From Mobula hypostoma (lineage: Eukaryota), in assembly GCF_963921235.1 (NCBI RefSeq), contig NC_086097.1, positions 119,662,001-119,726,000 on the forward strand: 64,000 nucleotides of DNA, in the 5' to 3' direction. A model generated the notes under the pieces. It saw only the letters and a program-made list of their open reading frames with translations, had not been told where the DNA came from and ran no database searches. Made by a program: the position numbers and the translations under genes. This document shows positions 22,691 to 36,256 of the stretch, in pieces (the first letter of the stretch is position 1; the number at the start of each line of letters is the position of its first letter).

Positions 22691-23324
22691 CTGTTGATAT
22701 TCAGGGCCCATTTCTGCACAACATGGTCTCCAAAGAAGCTGGTATTTAATAATGGTACATTGTTAAGTTCAGCATAGTTCATTACATCCTCCTCTCTAAT
22801 ATAATTTATCATATATTAATTTTCCATACCATTCATTTTCCAAGGAGGAGGCTGAATGTTTTGTTTGTATAGTGAAGGGTGAAATAGGCAGGCAGTTATT
22901 GAAAAGAGTTTTGTGCACTGAGTCATCAGCTGCCATTCCCTCTGCTTATGTACAGGAATCCCACCCCATGCCATTCACCTCTGGGCTCTGGCCACTGGGG
23001 CATGGAGGAAGAGCAAAATGAAATCAGGGGACCAGGAATAATTGAATGTATTATGAAGATAGTTTCAAGTGCTGGGAGAGACATTTTGAGCAGATTTTCC
23101 ACCCAAGAGATGATCAAGTGGATGTTGACTGAGAAAACAAAGTCAAGATCAAGTTTATTGTCATACGCAGAAGTACCTGTGCAATGTAAAGTTTACTGCA
23201 GCAACATCACAGGCACATAGCATCATATAGGCAACAATTACAAGCAAAATCATAAATTAAGAATACATTATATATTATGTTTACAAAGAAAGAACATAGT
23301 TAGAACAGAAAAATGAAGTCCATT

Positions 23325-23990
23325 ACAACACACATAATGCTGGAGGAACCCAACAGGTCAGAAAGCAGGTAAGTAGAGGAATAAGCCGTCAACATTTCAG
23401 GCTGAGACCCTTAATCAAGAATGGAAAGGAAAGGGACAGAAGCCGGAATAAGAACATGGGGAGAAGGAAGGAGTACAAGCTGGAAAGTGATAGGTGAAGA
23501 CAGATGTGCTGGGACGGTGGATGGGTGGGAGAAGGGAGTTGAGGTAAGAAGCTGGAATGTGACAGGTGGAAGAGGTGAACAGCTGAACAAAATGTATCTT
23601 ACAGGAGAGGCAAGTGGACCATGGGAGAAATGAAAGTTGACATTTTACATCAAGGCCCTTCACCTGGACTGGAATATAGAGGGGTGATAGCCAGTATAAA
23701 GGTTGAAGAGAAGGAGTGGAGCAAGAATTAGAAATGATAGGTCCAAGTGAAGAAGGGTAATTGGAAATAGTGGGAGTAAGTAGTGAAAGTGAAAAAGGGC
23801 TGATGCTGATGGAATCTGATTGGAGGGAAAGGTGGAGCAGGAAGTCAGGTGAAGGAGGTGGGAAGGACAGAAGGGAACTGCAAGTGAGTGGAACCAGTAG
23901 GATGAATGTGTGGGTGATAAGCAGATGCAGTGAGTGCAGGAGAAGGAAACTGGATGATGAGGAGCTCGGGATGAGATGTTGAATATGCTT
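23325..23990 (-). mobile_element. Two adjacent decayed Penelope pLTR fragments
   Basis: Decayed hammerheads at ~23385-23420 and ~23636-23670, each followed by a purine-rich (plus-strand) UTR. Confidence 0.65.
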
Positions 23991-24029
23991 GGAAAGAACT
24001 GAGTGGATAAGACAAGTAGGTGCAGAATT

Positions 24030-24460
24030 GTAGGACAAGTAGGGGCAGAATTAGCCCATCAGGTCTGTCCCACCATTCCATCATGGCTGATTTATTATCT
24101 TTCTATCCTTGTAACCCCTAACACCCTTCCTAATCAATAACCTATGAATTTCTGTTTTCAGTATACCCAATGATTTGACCTTCACAAACATCTGTGGCAA
24201 TAAATTCCACAAATTCACACTTTCTGTCTAAACAGATTCTTCCTCATCTCTATTCAAAATGGACGTCCTTGAATTCTGTTGCTGCACTCTCTGGACCTAG
24301 ACTGCCTCACTATAGGAAACATCCTCTCCATGTCCAATTTATCCAGGCCTTTCAATATCCAGTAGGTTTCAATGAGCTACCCACCTCATTCTTTTAAACT
24401 CCAGCGTATACAGGTCAAAAGTCATCAAATGTTCCCTATGCATTAACCCTGTCATTCCAG
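24030..24460 (-). mobile_element. CR1 3' end
   Basis: GGGCAGAATTAG...CCATTCCATCATGGCTGATT and TGTGGCAATAAATTCCACAAATTCAC. Confidence 0.75.
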
Positions 24461-25464
24461 AGAAAACAAACTACGTTAGGAGTTTGCTAATAGAGTTGGA
24501 GCTGTAAAATGATGCATATTTTGAAGGTGAGATTAGTTGGAATTTTAAAATTCTATTTTGAGAGATGGGAGATTTGGAGCCACAGTAACTGATGATGTAA
24601 TGATCAGAGTTATGGAATCATGCTACGTTAAACTTTCAGCCGATGTAGGGGAGGTGGGTGAGATTTCATAAACAGATGGGAGTTTAGAGCTAGGTATAGA
24701 GTTGCTCACAGAAGCAACTGAGCACATGATCTCAGTCTTGGTGACACAGATGACCTGGTGTTCCTCACAAACAGGTTTTGATGGAAGGCTATTGAGCAAA
24801 ATATCATTTGGTTTCTTTCTCCTCAGATGCTGCCTCAGCCACCAAATATCCCCAACATTTCCTGTTCCTTGTACCTGTTATCGCAAGTGAAGTTGTAGAG
24901 GCAAGGGAGAGTTAATAAGGGAGAGTTCATAATGAAGAAAAATAAGTTAGGGGGGTGTCAGTAAAATGGTCCTGGAACAGTGAACAATATGGACAAAAGA
25001 GATTATCACTTTATGTTGCCAGCCAACTTCGGTGATGGATGGCCAAACTAAGCGTACAACAGAAACACTAAGTTTTTGACCCTGGACTTCAATTGCCCAT
25101 GCAGTATTGAGGCACACAGAATAAATAAAGCTGAGAATAGCTGTTGCTCTTTCAAGTAATAACAAAGGAAACAAATATTTGAAACAAAGAAAGCTTTAGA
25201 AATATGAGAGGGGATGGTTCTGCAATTATTGATTGCTTTTCCCCAACCCTTATCATTATTCTTTATGTCTTCCTTCAATTCAAAGTAATGCCCTCTACTC
25301 TTTCCTCAGAATTTCAGTACCCCTAATGTTCAGTCCCCTACCAATCGTCAGTTCTCTATTTTTCCAATCATTGACTTTTCAGATAATTCGCTTCAAGATG
25401 TCACTTGTGATTTCTCTCTTTTTTTTAGGTCAGAATGTGTTTCCAGTGATCCAACAGTAAAAGA

Positions 25465-26412
25465 GATAAAGTTTGTGGATGACATCGCCTATCATTGGAC
25501 TAGAGGCAACAAATCCGAGTATCACCAGGAAGTAAATAAGCTAGCTTCCTGGTTCCTGGTGCAATCATAACAATTTGGAAATGAACACCCTCAAGACTGT
25601 GGAGGTGCGTACTGACTTCAGGAGAAATGTGCCTCTTCCCAATCCACTCATCATCAACAAATCCACAGCTAGCACCATCTCAACATTTAGGGTCCTGAGC
25701 ACAATTATTTCACAGGACTTTATGTAGGAGAGGATATGCATCTTGCCACGGTTGGTAAATTTCTATCTTTCCCAGAACATACTGGTGCAATTCTACACTG
25801 CCATCATAGAGAGCATCCTCACATCAGACATTACCATCTGGTTTGGTGCAGCGTTCTCTCACAATATACGTAAATTACACTGAACTGTCAAGTCAGGGGA
25901 AAAGTTCATTGTCTGCAGTCTACCATCATTGCAGGTCTTGTACATGTCCAAGAAAAGAAGCGGGCAGGGAAAATCATTGTGGAGTCTACCCACCTGGAAA
26001 ACTGCCTTTTCCAAAAGCTGCTTTCTAGAAAGTGCTTTAGGGCTAGTAAAACAAAAAATAAACAAAAACTTAATGCCATTGTAAAAGTTTCTTCCCCATA
26101 ACAGTTAATCTGATCAACCATTCGAGTTAGCCTCCACTCTCACCCTCCTCTATTACTATCATCAGTGCAGTGTACTGTAAACACTTAAAACCACTATTTG
26201 TATTTCTGTTCACATTGTAAATACATGCTAGTATTTATGTATTTATGCATTTTTTTTCATATATTCACTCTTCAACCTCTAACATATTGTTTTATGTAAT
26301 TCTTTATTTTTATAGTTGTTGAATGTTGTACTTTGTTGCATGTCGTGCCAGCACACCACAGCTAATTCCTAATATATGTGATTGTATATGGTGAATCAAG
26401 TTGACCCTTGAT
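25465..26412 (+). mobile_element. Rex1/Babar 3' portion, decayed
   Basis: KFVDD...EYHQEVNKLASW...CNHNNLEMNTLKTVE and FYTAIIESILTSDITIWFG. Confidence 0.75.
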
Positions 26413-27119
26413 TTTTGCATTTCTCTGCTTTCCTAATCCGTGCTCATGAAAATTGACACTCACAATATTGTCATAGCCAGATGTATGTAGGACGACACTA
26501 CAGAGAGTGAAGGGTCTGGTCCTCAAAGCACCCTATCCAGAGGCACAATGAGGACTACAAAACAGTTAATCAGAGGCAGTGTCAAATAATTCTGCACAAA
26601 TTGATAAAAAAAAGTATGAGAAAATGAAAGGCTGGGGAAATGATAGAATCAAGAAGAGTCAGAAAATAATCACAGTTTCATATGTATTTACATTTCTACC
26701 AATGAAATCTTAATGATTCAAGTTGTGATACGTGTTATAAAAATGAGTATCATTCATTTAAAGAACCAGATTGGAGATTTTGAAATTTAAATCATTCATG
26801 ATACATGAACAGGGTTCACTTATTCCAAAGAAGCTCTGTAATTTTTATTGGAAATATGCAAATAAAGGTCAACACATGTTTCTTTTTAATGTTGCCTATT
26901 ATTTTATATTTTCATTTTCACAAAGCTCAGTTTTGATAAAAATAAAAGAATCTGATTCATGAAACTCATAATGGGCAGCAATTATCTAAACAGTTATATA
27001 TTGCTTCCCTATTCCCTGTTTTTGTTGTACTTTTATTTGTTTATCAGTAACATTCCTTTTCTGTTACTTAGGAAAATCTATCAGTTTTCTTATACTGATC
27101 TTTGTGTTGGATGAATCAG

Positions 27120-27252
27120 AACATCCAACGAAGGGTCTCAGACCAAAACATTGACTGTTTGCTCTTTTCTGTAGATGGTGCCTGGCCTGCTGAGTTCCTC
27201 CAGCATTTGTGTGTTGCTTGGATTTCCTGCATCTGTGGATTTTCTCTTGTTT
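27120..27252 (+). mobile_element. Solo Penelope pLTR/hammerhead cassette, decayed
   Basis: CGAAGGGTCTCAGACCAAAACATTGACT...GGCCTGCTGAGTTCCTCCAGCA...GGATTTCCTGCATCTG. Confidence 0.75.
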
Positions 27253-28197
27253 GGAATCGAAATTCAATGCATTTTGATTTCAATGCCCTTTATCCAGTTT
27301 AATTTTATTTTAATGAGAGGTGTCACACATTGGGCAACAAGGCTCAAAAACAGTTACATCCCCCGAGCCGTCAGGCTGATTAACACCACCACCCATTAAT
27401 TCTTCAGTATCTACTGTCATTTTATGTACATGCAGTCAGTCTATGTATATAAGCTAATCTAATGCACTTGTATTTATTGTGTTGTTTATGCATATTGTGG
27501 GTTTTTTATGCTGCGTCAAATGACAGAAAAGCAATCTTGAATCATTTCACAATAGTTTCCAAAAAGCCAACTAAAAAAGAAAAATTTCATCAAGCTCAAG
27601 CACCATAATGAGGACACCCTACACTAAGTTTTGTAATAATCAATTTGTCCTCAGTGTTATTTATTTATTTACTATTTAATATATGTTTTCTTTGTATATG
27701 CACAGTTTGTCTTCTCTTGCATATTGGTTATTTGTCAGTCTTAGTTTGTATGTAGTTTTTTATTGATTCTGTGGTATTTCTTTGTTCTAGTGCAAGAAAA
27801 TTAATCTCAGACAATGTATGGTGACATATATGTGCTTTGATAATAAACTTACTTTGAACTTTGAAAAATCTTTCTGTTCGAAGGGATAAATCAAGGGCAG
27901 ATCTAACAGCAAAGTGGGGCATCTTTGAAATGCTGTGGGCCATCAACAACACAACACATGAAATCTTAAATTAATAGTTTCACATACTAGCTCCTTATTC
28001 AATATTTTCAATGGCATTTGGCAAGTATGGTCAAGAATAGACACAATATTAACCCATCTTGTGCTTTCAGATCCTAGCTGATCTGATGTGCTTTATCAAT
28101 AGTTCTTTTTCAATTCCAGGTCTGAAGAATTTAGTCCCAAAATTCTGAAAGAATGTTGCTCTTGTTATTAAGGCAGAGTGCAGATTTGCCGTCTTAC

Positions 28198-28311
28198 CAT
28201 TCAGATCAGAAAATTCAGATAGGTAGAGACATGTAATCAAATGCTCATCTTCTTCTTGCTGGCCATTCGTCAATGCACTTTCTTGGCATATATCCATATA
28301 TGACACAATAA
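28198..28311 (-). other. Candidate 114-bp exon (phase 1-1)
   Basis: Minus-strand acceptor CTTTCTATTTCCCACTGTCCACGTTGTGCTTTAG and donor G|GTAAG. Only one frame is open: IVSYMDICQESALTNGQQEEDEHLITCLYLSEFSDLN. Confidence 0.3.
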
Positions 28312-28467
28312 CTAAAGCACAACGTGGACAGTGGGAAATAGAAAGTGCCAAGTACAAATTGGATGCACATGAGCAATAAGTCTCAGTAGATATCTATCAG
28401 GTTAATCCATTAAATCCATTGTGGAAACTAAAAGACACTGAAGGTCATAAAAGACAATAAAAGCTCA

Positions 28468-28790
28468 GGGGCACCACGGTAACATAGCAGTTAGCATCAA
28501 GCTATCACAGCACCAACAATCAATGATCAAATTTCAATTCTCACTGCTGTCTGTAAAGAGTTTGCATGTTCTCCCCATAGCTATGTGGGTTTCTTCCAGG
28601 TCCTCCGGTTTCCTCCTACATTTCCAAAGATATGCGGGTTAGGGTCAGTACGTTTTGCACTTGCTACATTGGTGGGAAGTCTGGTGACACTTGTGGGTTG
28701 CCCAGCATAATTCTTGCTGATCTGGTTTGACGCAAATAACGCACTTCACCATATGTTTCGAGGTTTCAATGCATATATGACAAAAAAATG
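28468..28790 (+). mobile_element. tRNA-derived SINE
   Basis: GGCACCACGGTAACATAGCAGTTAGC head and GTTTGCATGTTCTCCCC...GGGTTTCTTCCAGG..CTCCGGTTTCCTCC core. Confidence 0.8.
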
Positions 28791-29529
28791 AAGCAGGAGA
28801 ATTGAAGACTAATTACTGCAATAGGGCAGAAAAGCTGAACAGAACACAAACACAGAGATTCTAGAGATAGTGGAAATCCAAGCAACACATTCAAAATTGT
28901 GGGGGAGCACCTCAGGTCAGACAGCACCTATGGAAAGTAATAATATTTTGGGCCGATGAGCTTCAAGACTGAGGTGAAATTTGAATACATACAAAAAATA
29001 CTATGTTACAATAAAAAAAACGTGAGAAATGCAAAAAGTGAGCAAAAAGTAAGGTAGTGTTTATGGATTCATAGTCCATTCAGAAATCTAACGATAAATG
29101 GGAAGTAGTTGTTCCTAAAACATTGACTGCCCTCTTACTTGATGGTAACAATGAGAAGAGGGCATGTACTGGATGGTGAAGACTCTTAATGAGGCATAGC
29201 CTGTTGAAGATGTCCACGATGGTGGGGAGGCTAGTGCCCATGATGGAGTGGGCTGAGTTTACAGGTCAGGCAGCATCTAGGGAGAGTAATAAACTGTCAA
29301 TGTTTCAGGTGGAGGCCCTTCATCAGAACAGAACACAAGTGGTCCCTGCCCTGACTCCAGGTCTACTTTGCAGTTTAAAGGGAAATTCAGTACCCTAATT
29401 GGAGCAGGAAAGGCCAGGGACACCTTTTCACAGAATCTTTACTTGTCTGGGGTTCTTAATTTATTGATATCAACATGCTAGAGCAATCAGATGATAGGGG
29501 AAACTGATAGTGTAGAGTGCAGAAGCCAT

Positions 29530-29985
29530 TAGATTAGATTATGAGGATACTCAGTCCTCTTTTATTGTCATTCAGTAATGCTTGCATTAAGAAATGATAC
29601 AATGTTCCTCCAGTATATCACAGAAACACAAGACAAACCAAGACTAAAAAAACTGATAAAAACCACATAATTATAACATATAGTTACAACAGTGCAAAGT
29701 AATACCATAATTTGATAAAGAACGGACCATGGGCATGGTAAAAAAAAAAGTCTCAAAGTCTCTCGAAAGTCCCATCATCTCATGCAGACAGTAGAAGGGA
29801 GAAACTCTCCCTGCCATGAACCTCCAACACCACAAACTTGCCGATGCAGCACCCTGGAAGCACCTGGCCACAGCCGTCTCTTGAGTCTATCCGAAAACTT
29901 TGAGCCTCTGACCAGCCCTTCGACACCGAACACTGAGCACCATCTCTGCCGAGCGCTTCGACCCTGGCCCCGGAAACAGGCCATA
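29530..29985 (-). mobile_element. 5'-truncated copy of the 5881-6558 retroposon
   Basis: TAGATTAGATTATGAGGA... is the reverse complement of ~6130-6558. Confidence 0.88.
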
Positions 29986-30019
29986 TAATTCAAACTGAGA
30001 TTTATAAGGAGTCTAGCAG

Positions 30020-30330
30020 ATTATCTTTTATCCAAGTACGTAAATTAAAACATACAGTAAAATGTGTCATTAGTGTCAAATCAAATCCGCGAAGATTATG
30101 CTGGGCAGCCCACAAGTGTTGCCATGCTTCCCATGCCAACACAGCATAAGCACAATTCATTAACCCTAAAAGGTACATCATTGGAATGCGGGAGGAAACC
30201 AAAAAAATCCATATAGTCACAGGGAGAACATTCAAAATCCTAAGAGATAGCAGCTGGAGATGAACCCCCATCGGTAATTGTCAGCGCTGTAATGGTGTTA
30301 CGTTAACTATTATGTTATTATGCCACCCTT
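30020..30330 (-). mobile_element. tRNA-derived SINE
   Basis: TGCTGGGCAGCCCACAAGTG and GGAATGCGGGAGGAAACC, the same family as 3835-4155. Confidence 0.75.
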
Positions 30331-30399
30331 GACTTTTTATTGTCTTATATGACATTTTGTCTTTTGGTTTCCACAATGAATTAATGGTTCATGTGCATC

Positions 30400-31722
30400 C
30401 TGTAACACCATAAGACATAGGAGCAGAATTAGGCCACTCAGTCCATCCAGTCTGCTTTGCCGTTCCATCACGGCTGATTTATTATCCCTTTTAACTCCAT
30501 TCTCATGCCTTTTCCCCATAACATTTAATGCCCTGATGAATCAAGAACTTATCAACCTCCACATTAAATATACTCAGTGACTTAGTCTACACAGCCGTCC
30601 ATGGCGATGAATTCCATAGAGTCACCACCCTCTGGCTAATGAAATTCCTCTTTATCTCTGTTCCAAATGGACGTCCTCTATTCTGAGTATGCTCTCTGGT
30701 CCTAAGCTCTCCTAGTATAGAAAACATCCTCTCCACATCCTGCTCTATCTACGCCTATAGGTTGCAATGAGTTTCCCTCTCATTTTTTCTAAATGTAAAT
30801 AGGCCCAGAGCCATCAAACAATCCTCATATGTTAACACTTACATTCCCAGAATCATTCTAATAAACCTCCTCTGGACCCTCTCCAATGCCAGAAAATCCT
30901 TTCTTTGATAAGGGGCCCAAAATTGCTCACAATCCTTCACGTGTGGTCTGGCCAGTGCCTTATAAAGCCTCAGCATCACATCCTTGCTCCTATATTTCAG
31001 TCCTCTCGAAATGAAAACTAACATTGTGTTTGTGTTTCTTACTGCCGACTCAACCTGCAAGTTAACCTTTAGGGAATCCTGCACAGAACTCCCAAGTTCC
31101 TTTGCACCTCTGAGTTTTGAATTTTCTCTCTGTTTAAAAAATAGTCTTTGCCTTTATTCCTTCTATTCAATTACACAACTTGCACTTCCCTACACTATTC
31201 CATTTCTTTGCACATTCTTCCACTCTGTCCAAGTCCTTCGGTAGACTCACTGCTTCCTCAACACTACATGCCACTCCTCCTATCTTCATATTATCTGCAA
31301 AATTGGCCATGAAACCATCAATTCCATCATCCAAAGCACTGATTTATAATGTTCAAAAAGCAGTCCCAACAGTGACCCCTGTAGCACACCTCTAGTCACC
31401 GGCAGCCATCTGGAACAGGATTTCTTTATTCCAAGTGTTGGCCTCCTGCCTAAATGTTCCTTTACCTTAAGCTTCCTAATCAAAGCTGGTTCGTTACACA
31501 GCAACTAGGGGAATTGCCTTTCCCCTAGAGGGTTAAATCACAAACTGTTCATCTGCATTCTACCAATTCAATCTCTTTGGGATCCAGCACCTATCTTATT
31601 TTCTCAATCTACCTGCATATTGAAATCCCCCATGACTTTTGTAACTTTGCCTTATTACATGCCTTTTCTAATTCCCATTGAAATGTATATCCCACATACT
31701 GGCCACTGTTCAGGGGCTTGTA
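30400..31722 (-). mobile_element. CR1 LINE, internally deleted
   Basis: LRLYKALARPHVKDCEQFWAP and WLPVTRGVLQGSLLG, with tail CACCATAAGACATAGGAGCAG. Confidence 0.85.
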
Positions 31723-31724
31723 TA

Positions 31725-32352
31725 TGTAATGCTCTGGTAAAGACTTTACTGCTCATGTTGTAGGGTATTTTATATAATGATTTTCTGTAGAAGCAGTGTG
31801 TTATGCTGGTAGTATTTGGGTTACTGTTAAAGATGATGGATGCTTAGGAATTTTTTGTCATCCAATACGGATGGTGGAACTGGAAGAAGGTTCTAGAGAA
31901 TGCTGGGGGACAGGTTTTGCAGTGGACACCGAGATGAATCAAAGTCTTTTTCTACAGGAGATGGAGAGAGGGGAAGCTCGAGAGAACCAGTCATAGGATT
32001 CGATCCGATGGGATTACACGATTTGAGTTGGCACCATGAGTACATTGGACACAACGGCTTTTGGAAGATTTAAGTTCCAACCTGGGCACATTTGTCTGTT
32101 TAATTATGATGGGACTTTCTTTTCTGTAAGAACTGGTTCAGTTAACATCCATAAATATACATTCTTTTTAATTGTATGCAATGTATGCTCTGTTATTTCT
32201 TGCCAACAAGCGATTGCATAGGGGCAGTAAATTACACAGTATACATACAAATCAGGGTTCAGGTGGGTGAGACATCCCGACATCACTGGCTTGGTGGGAC
32301 CCAAGTTATATCAACTCGAGACATTCAGAGTCTGAGAAAGGAGGTTTTCTCA
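31725..32352. mobile_element. Possible solo LTR
   Basis: Begins TGTAAT exactly where the CR1 fragment stops and has LTR-like composition. The right end and TSD are not resolved. Confidence 0.3.
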
Positions 32353-33579
32353 CTACCTGTCTAGGGATGAGTAGGCCTCCTGGGATCAGTCACTTTCCTA
32401 AAGATGAGAATTGATTTAGACATTGTGGAACATTACCTTCCAGCTGTATGTTTGATCCTGACATTTGGTGCCATCTATGTGGAGTTTCTTCCTGAGACTA
32501 TGGGTTCCTCATGTGTTCCTGTGTATTCCCATGTCCAAAAAATGTGTGGACATAGAGTTGCCCCTGTGTAGATGGCCACATGTGAGCAAGAACAGTTTGC
32601 AGGGAAATAAGTGAGGAACAGATTTGATTGGATTGTCCTGAGAGTTGACATAGACTTAAAAGGTTGGTTGGACCCCTTCTGTCATCATTATGAATTAAGA
32701 ATAAAATACGAGTAGCCCTGATCTTTTGATTAATGTTTATACCCTCCTTTCAGGGTCACATCATTATATTCGCCAAGATATTGCCAGAATTGTGTACTCT
32801 TTTCCTCATTCTTTGCAACAACTACCTGATCCTGTTATTCAAGAAAATATTCATGTTGACTTTATACCTTCTGAAAAAAATTATCTTTACAGATTGTCTG
32901 ACCCATTATTGAAAGGGGTTATTTTTCATTTCTGTTAAGTGGACAAGGAAGAATTTTTTCTTTTTAAGTTATCCTTCATAATCTCAGAACATGTATTTTA
33001 CATAATAACATTCCTCCCATTTCTGTCACTGTGTTAAAAAGTTTAATTGTGTTAGCTTCTTTGCACAAAGCAAGGTTCTACAAGCAGCTTTGAGATCATT
33101 GACCTAATAATCTGTTTGGTATTATCAAAGGGAGGATAAATGTAGATGAGAATACTGAGGTGAAATTTGTGATTTTTCTTCAACTGTTGCTGTAGAAATG
33201 ATTACATCCATCTCAGAGTCTAATGTTGGAATAATGGCAGTCACTCAGTATCACACTCCTACATCAGCCAAGGTTTTGCATTCAATTCTTACACTAAAGT
33301 AAAAATCGTTTGACTCAGAAGTGAGAGGACTAACACTATGTCAAGGTTGAAATCTAGATGATACTTATAAGATCTGGCTACTTTGCTATTTGCAAACTTG
33401 AGTGACAAATTTCAAAAGATATGTCAATTTTTTGTTAAATGTTAAAATAATTTTCAAAATTATTTTGAGAATTTTTACTTTGATGGTACTATTAACATAG
33501 AATAAGTTTTATTCTAATTGGGATTGGGGATCTTAGTTTCCTCAGGTATTTTTAAGTATTAGTTTGGCTAAACTAATAC

Positions 33580-33675
33580 TAAAGAAGGGTCTCAGCCCAA
33601 ATCGCCAACTGTTTATTCTTTTCTATAAATGCTGCCTGACCTGCTGAGTTCCTCCAGCATTTTGTGTGTGTTACT
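33580..33675 (+). mobile_element. Solo pLTR/hammerhead remnant
   Basis: GAAGGGTCTCAGCCCAAA...ATGCTGCCTGACCTGCTGAGTTCCTCCAGCA. Confidence 0.7.
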
Positions 33676-34731
33676 TCTGATAACACAGTCACTTCTGTGA
33701 CAGGGACTTTTGAGTTCCAGTTTAAGATTTAGACAAACAACCTACACTGACTCTGTCCTGTTGTATCAGTAAAACTTTCAAACAAGTCTTAACTTTCATT
33801 GTCGGAGGTGGATGCAAATAATCCCAGATTGATATTCCAAGTAATACAGTAGACTTTCCTAGTCTCCTGGCCAATATTAATCCCACAAGCATCATCTCTA
33901 GCAAAAAATTAGAAAATCAATTTGCATAATCTTGTCAGGTGGAAATAGGTAACCTTGTTAAAAATGATTGCACCTCAGAGTTAATTTATTTGATTGCAAA
34001 ACACTTTGACGATCCCGTAAATGTGATTAGGTGTATCAGATGCCCAACTTTACTTTTTACAACCGCAATACCATCCATCTGGTATGGGTTTAACTTAAGA
34101 ACTGTTAAGCTGTTAATAATATTTCCCAAGTTGTGAGACCTCTTGAATCATGCTCATGATAATTTTGTTTGCACTCAGGTCTTCTTCTAGCTGCGAGACT
34201 AATCAGTGTGGTCTTAGAAACCATTGCCAGAAGGTCACTCGCTATTTCAACAACAGCAGCTGTTGCACTGCCTGAGGAAAATAGGGACACATGAGATGGA
34301 GGTGGCTTATTAGGAGCCTGTCCAGGTCAAAGTCTGTATGGGCTAAGTGTTAAGTAGCAGCTAATAAGAATATTCAGTTCAGCCATAAAAATAGCTGCAG
34401 ACCTTTGCCAAATGTCAGGGCCAGATTCCAATATTTTGTACTCTCCAGAGCTGGTTGAGCCCCAGCTGAATACTAATGCCAATAATACATGCCAACTGCA
34501 TTAACTTAAAAAAAGTCCACTGACCATATATTCGGAGAGCATTATTTAAAGGGAACTATAATGATTCATTGGATAAGCTAGAGCAGGCAAGTGACATATT
34601 CAAATAGTCTAAAAGTAATGAGGAAAACAGTGGCCAAATGTAAAAGGCTTTAAGCTGTTACCACCATTACGTGTAGTGAATTGAAGACAAATGGAATTAC
34701 AGGTCTATTGGTCAGATAATTGGAATGTAGT

Positions 34732-35100
34732 ACTTTATACTTTATACTTTATTGTCACCAAACAATTGGTACTAGAACGTACAACCATCACAGCGATATT
34801 TGATTCTGCGCTTCTCACTCCCTGGATTAGAAATATTAAATATTAAACATATTAAAAATAGTAAAAATTAGTAAACATTAAAAATTAAATTATAGATCAT
34901 AAATAGAAAATAGAAAAATGGAAAGTAAGGTAGTGCAAAAAACCGAGCGGCAGGTCTGGATATTTGGAGGGTACGGCCCAGATCCGGGTCAGGATCTGTT
35001 CAGCAGTCTCATCACAGTTGGAAAGAAGCTGGTCCCAAATCTGGCCGTACGAGTCTTCAAGCTCCTGAGCCTTCTCCCGGAGGAAAGAGGGACAAAAAGT
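34732..35100 (-). mobile_element. Rex1/Babar-type 3' end
   Basis: (ACTTTAT)n tail on the plus strand. Minus-strand translation gives LPSGRRLRSLKTRTARFGTSFFPTVMRLLN. Confidence 0.8.
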
Positions 35101-35724
35101 AATCAAAATTACAGGCATTCGTCCCATTTAGTCTTTTGTTGCTTCTTAGGCCGTCCCTTGGGTTCAATGGTAACTTCCTTCCATGGTAGTTCTGAGGATT
35201 CTGAGGTCAAAGTCAAAGTAAATTTATTATCAAAGTACGTAGATGTCACCATATACTTCCCTGAGATTCATTTTCCTGCAAGCATTTACAGAAAAATACA
35301 ATAGAATTTATGAAAACTTCACGCAATCAAAGTCTGACAAACAACTAATATGCAAAAGACAAATTGTGCATAAATAAACAAATGGATCAATAGGTAGATA
35401 CAGTAGATAGACAGATAATTAATACTGAGAATATGAATTCTGGAGTCCTTGAAAGTGGGGGGGGGGGTTCTAACCTTAAACTCATCAGCCCTCCCCTCAC
35501 TGAACTAATTTGTAAAAGTGCTCAATGGTGGAGAGGGCTAATGAGATTAAGGGAGAACCTCAACCTCTTCCACAGGTGGAATAAGAGGTAGTTGATGGGA
35601 TGGGTGGATCAGTGTTTTGGGAGATAGTGCAACTCTTCAATAATTTAGACTTGTCTTCTGCATCTTCCCCCACAAATGAACCCAAGGTTCACAAAGCTGT
35701 CCTGAATCAATCGCATAAGAGATT

Positions 35725-35955
35725 TTGTAGATCCTGTAAATCCAGAATAACTCAAACAAAATGCTAGAGGAACTCAGTGGATCAGGCAAAATCTATGGAG
35801 AGGAGTAAACAGTCAGCATTTCAGGCCGAGAGCCTTCATCAGGACTGGAAAGAAATGGGGACAAAGCCAGAATAAGGTGTGAGGGAGGGGAAGGAGTACA
35901 AGCTGGAAAGTGATAAGAGAAACCAGGTGAGGGGCAAGTTGGTGGGTGGGTGAGG
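35725..35955 (-). mobile_element. Penelope pLTR with decayed hammerhead
   Basis: AGTCAGCATTTCAGGCCGAGAGCCTTCATCAGGACT at ~35811-35846. Confidence 0.75.
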
Positions 35956-36068
35956 TAACTTGCACTGTTGTAAGTTTTTAATTAATTTTATCTTGTGAAA
36001 TGTGTTGTTTTGCAGCTGCAGCGGTACAGGTGCAATACCTAAAATATACCATAAGTTATATAAGAAAT

Positions 36069-36256
36069 GCCGGCTGGTGGCATAGAGGCATCAGCGCCGG
36101 ACTTCAGAGAGAAGGCTCCCGAGTTCGAATCCAGCTGGCTCCCTTGCACGCTTTCCATCCGTGCTGGGTTGAGCATCTCAGCCTCTTAAAAATAAGAAAG
36201 CCTGCTAAAAAACGCCATCGTGACTGCGTCCCGAAGAATTAAAGGCTTTCTTCTTC
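36069..36256 (+). mobile_element. Young tRNA-derived (Arg-like) SINE
   Basis: A box TGGCATAGAGG, B box GAGTTCGAATCC, (TTC)n tail and 11-bp TSD ATATAAGAAAT (36058-36068 / 36257-36267). Confidence 0.88.

Noticed and set aside
23415..24038. 207-aa Ser/Pro/Leu-rich ORF
   Set aside because: It is the translation of a pyrimidine-rich Penelope UTR and so a compositional artefact.
32754..32938. Possible plus-strand exon after a CCTCCTTTCAG acceptor
   Set aside because: There is no convincing donor and the peptide is unrecognised.
34105..34272. Possible minus-strand exon after a CCTATTTTCCTCAG acceptor
   Set aside because: There is no clear donor and the frames give conflicting, unrecognised peptides.
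36069..36145. tRNA-like sequence with a TCA anticodon (selenocysteine or suppressor tRNA)
   Set aside because: It is a SINE head with a TSD and (TTC)n tail. It resembles tRNA-Arg(TCG) with CpG decay, the anticodon and T stems pair poorly, and there is no long Sec variable arm.
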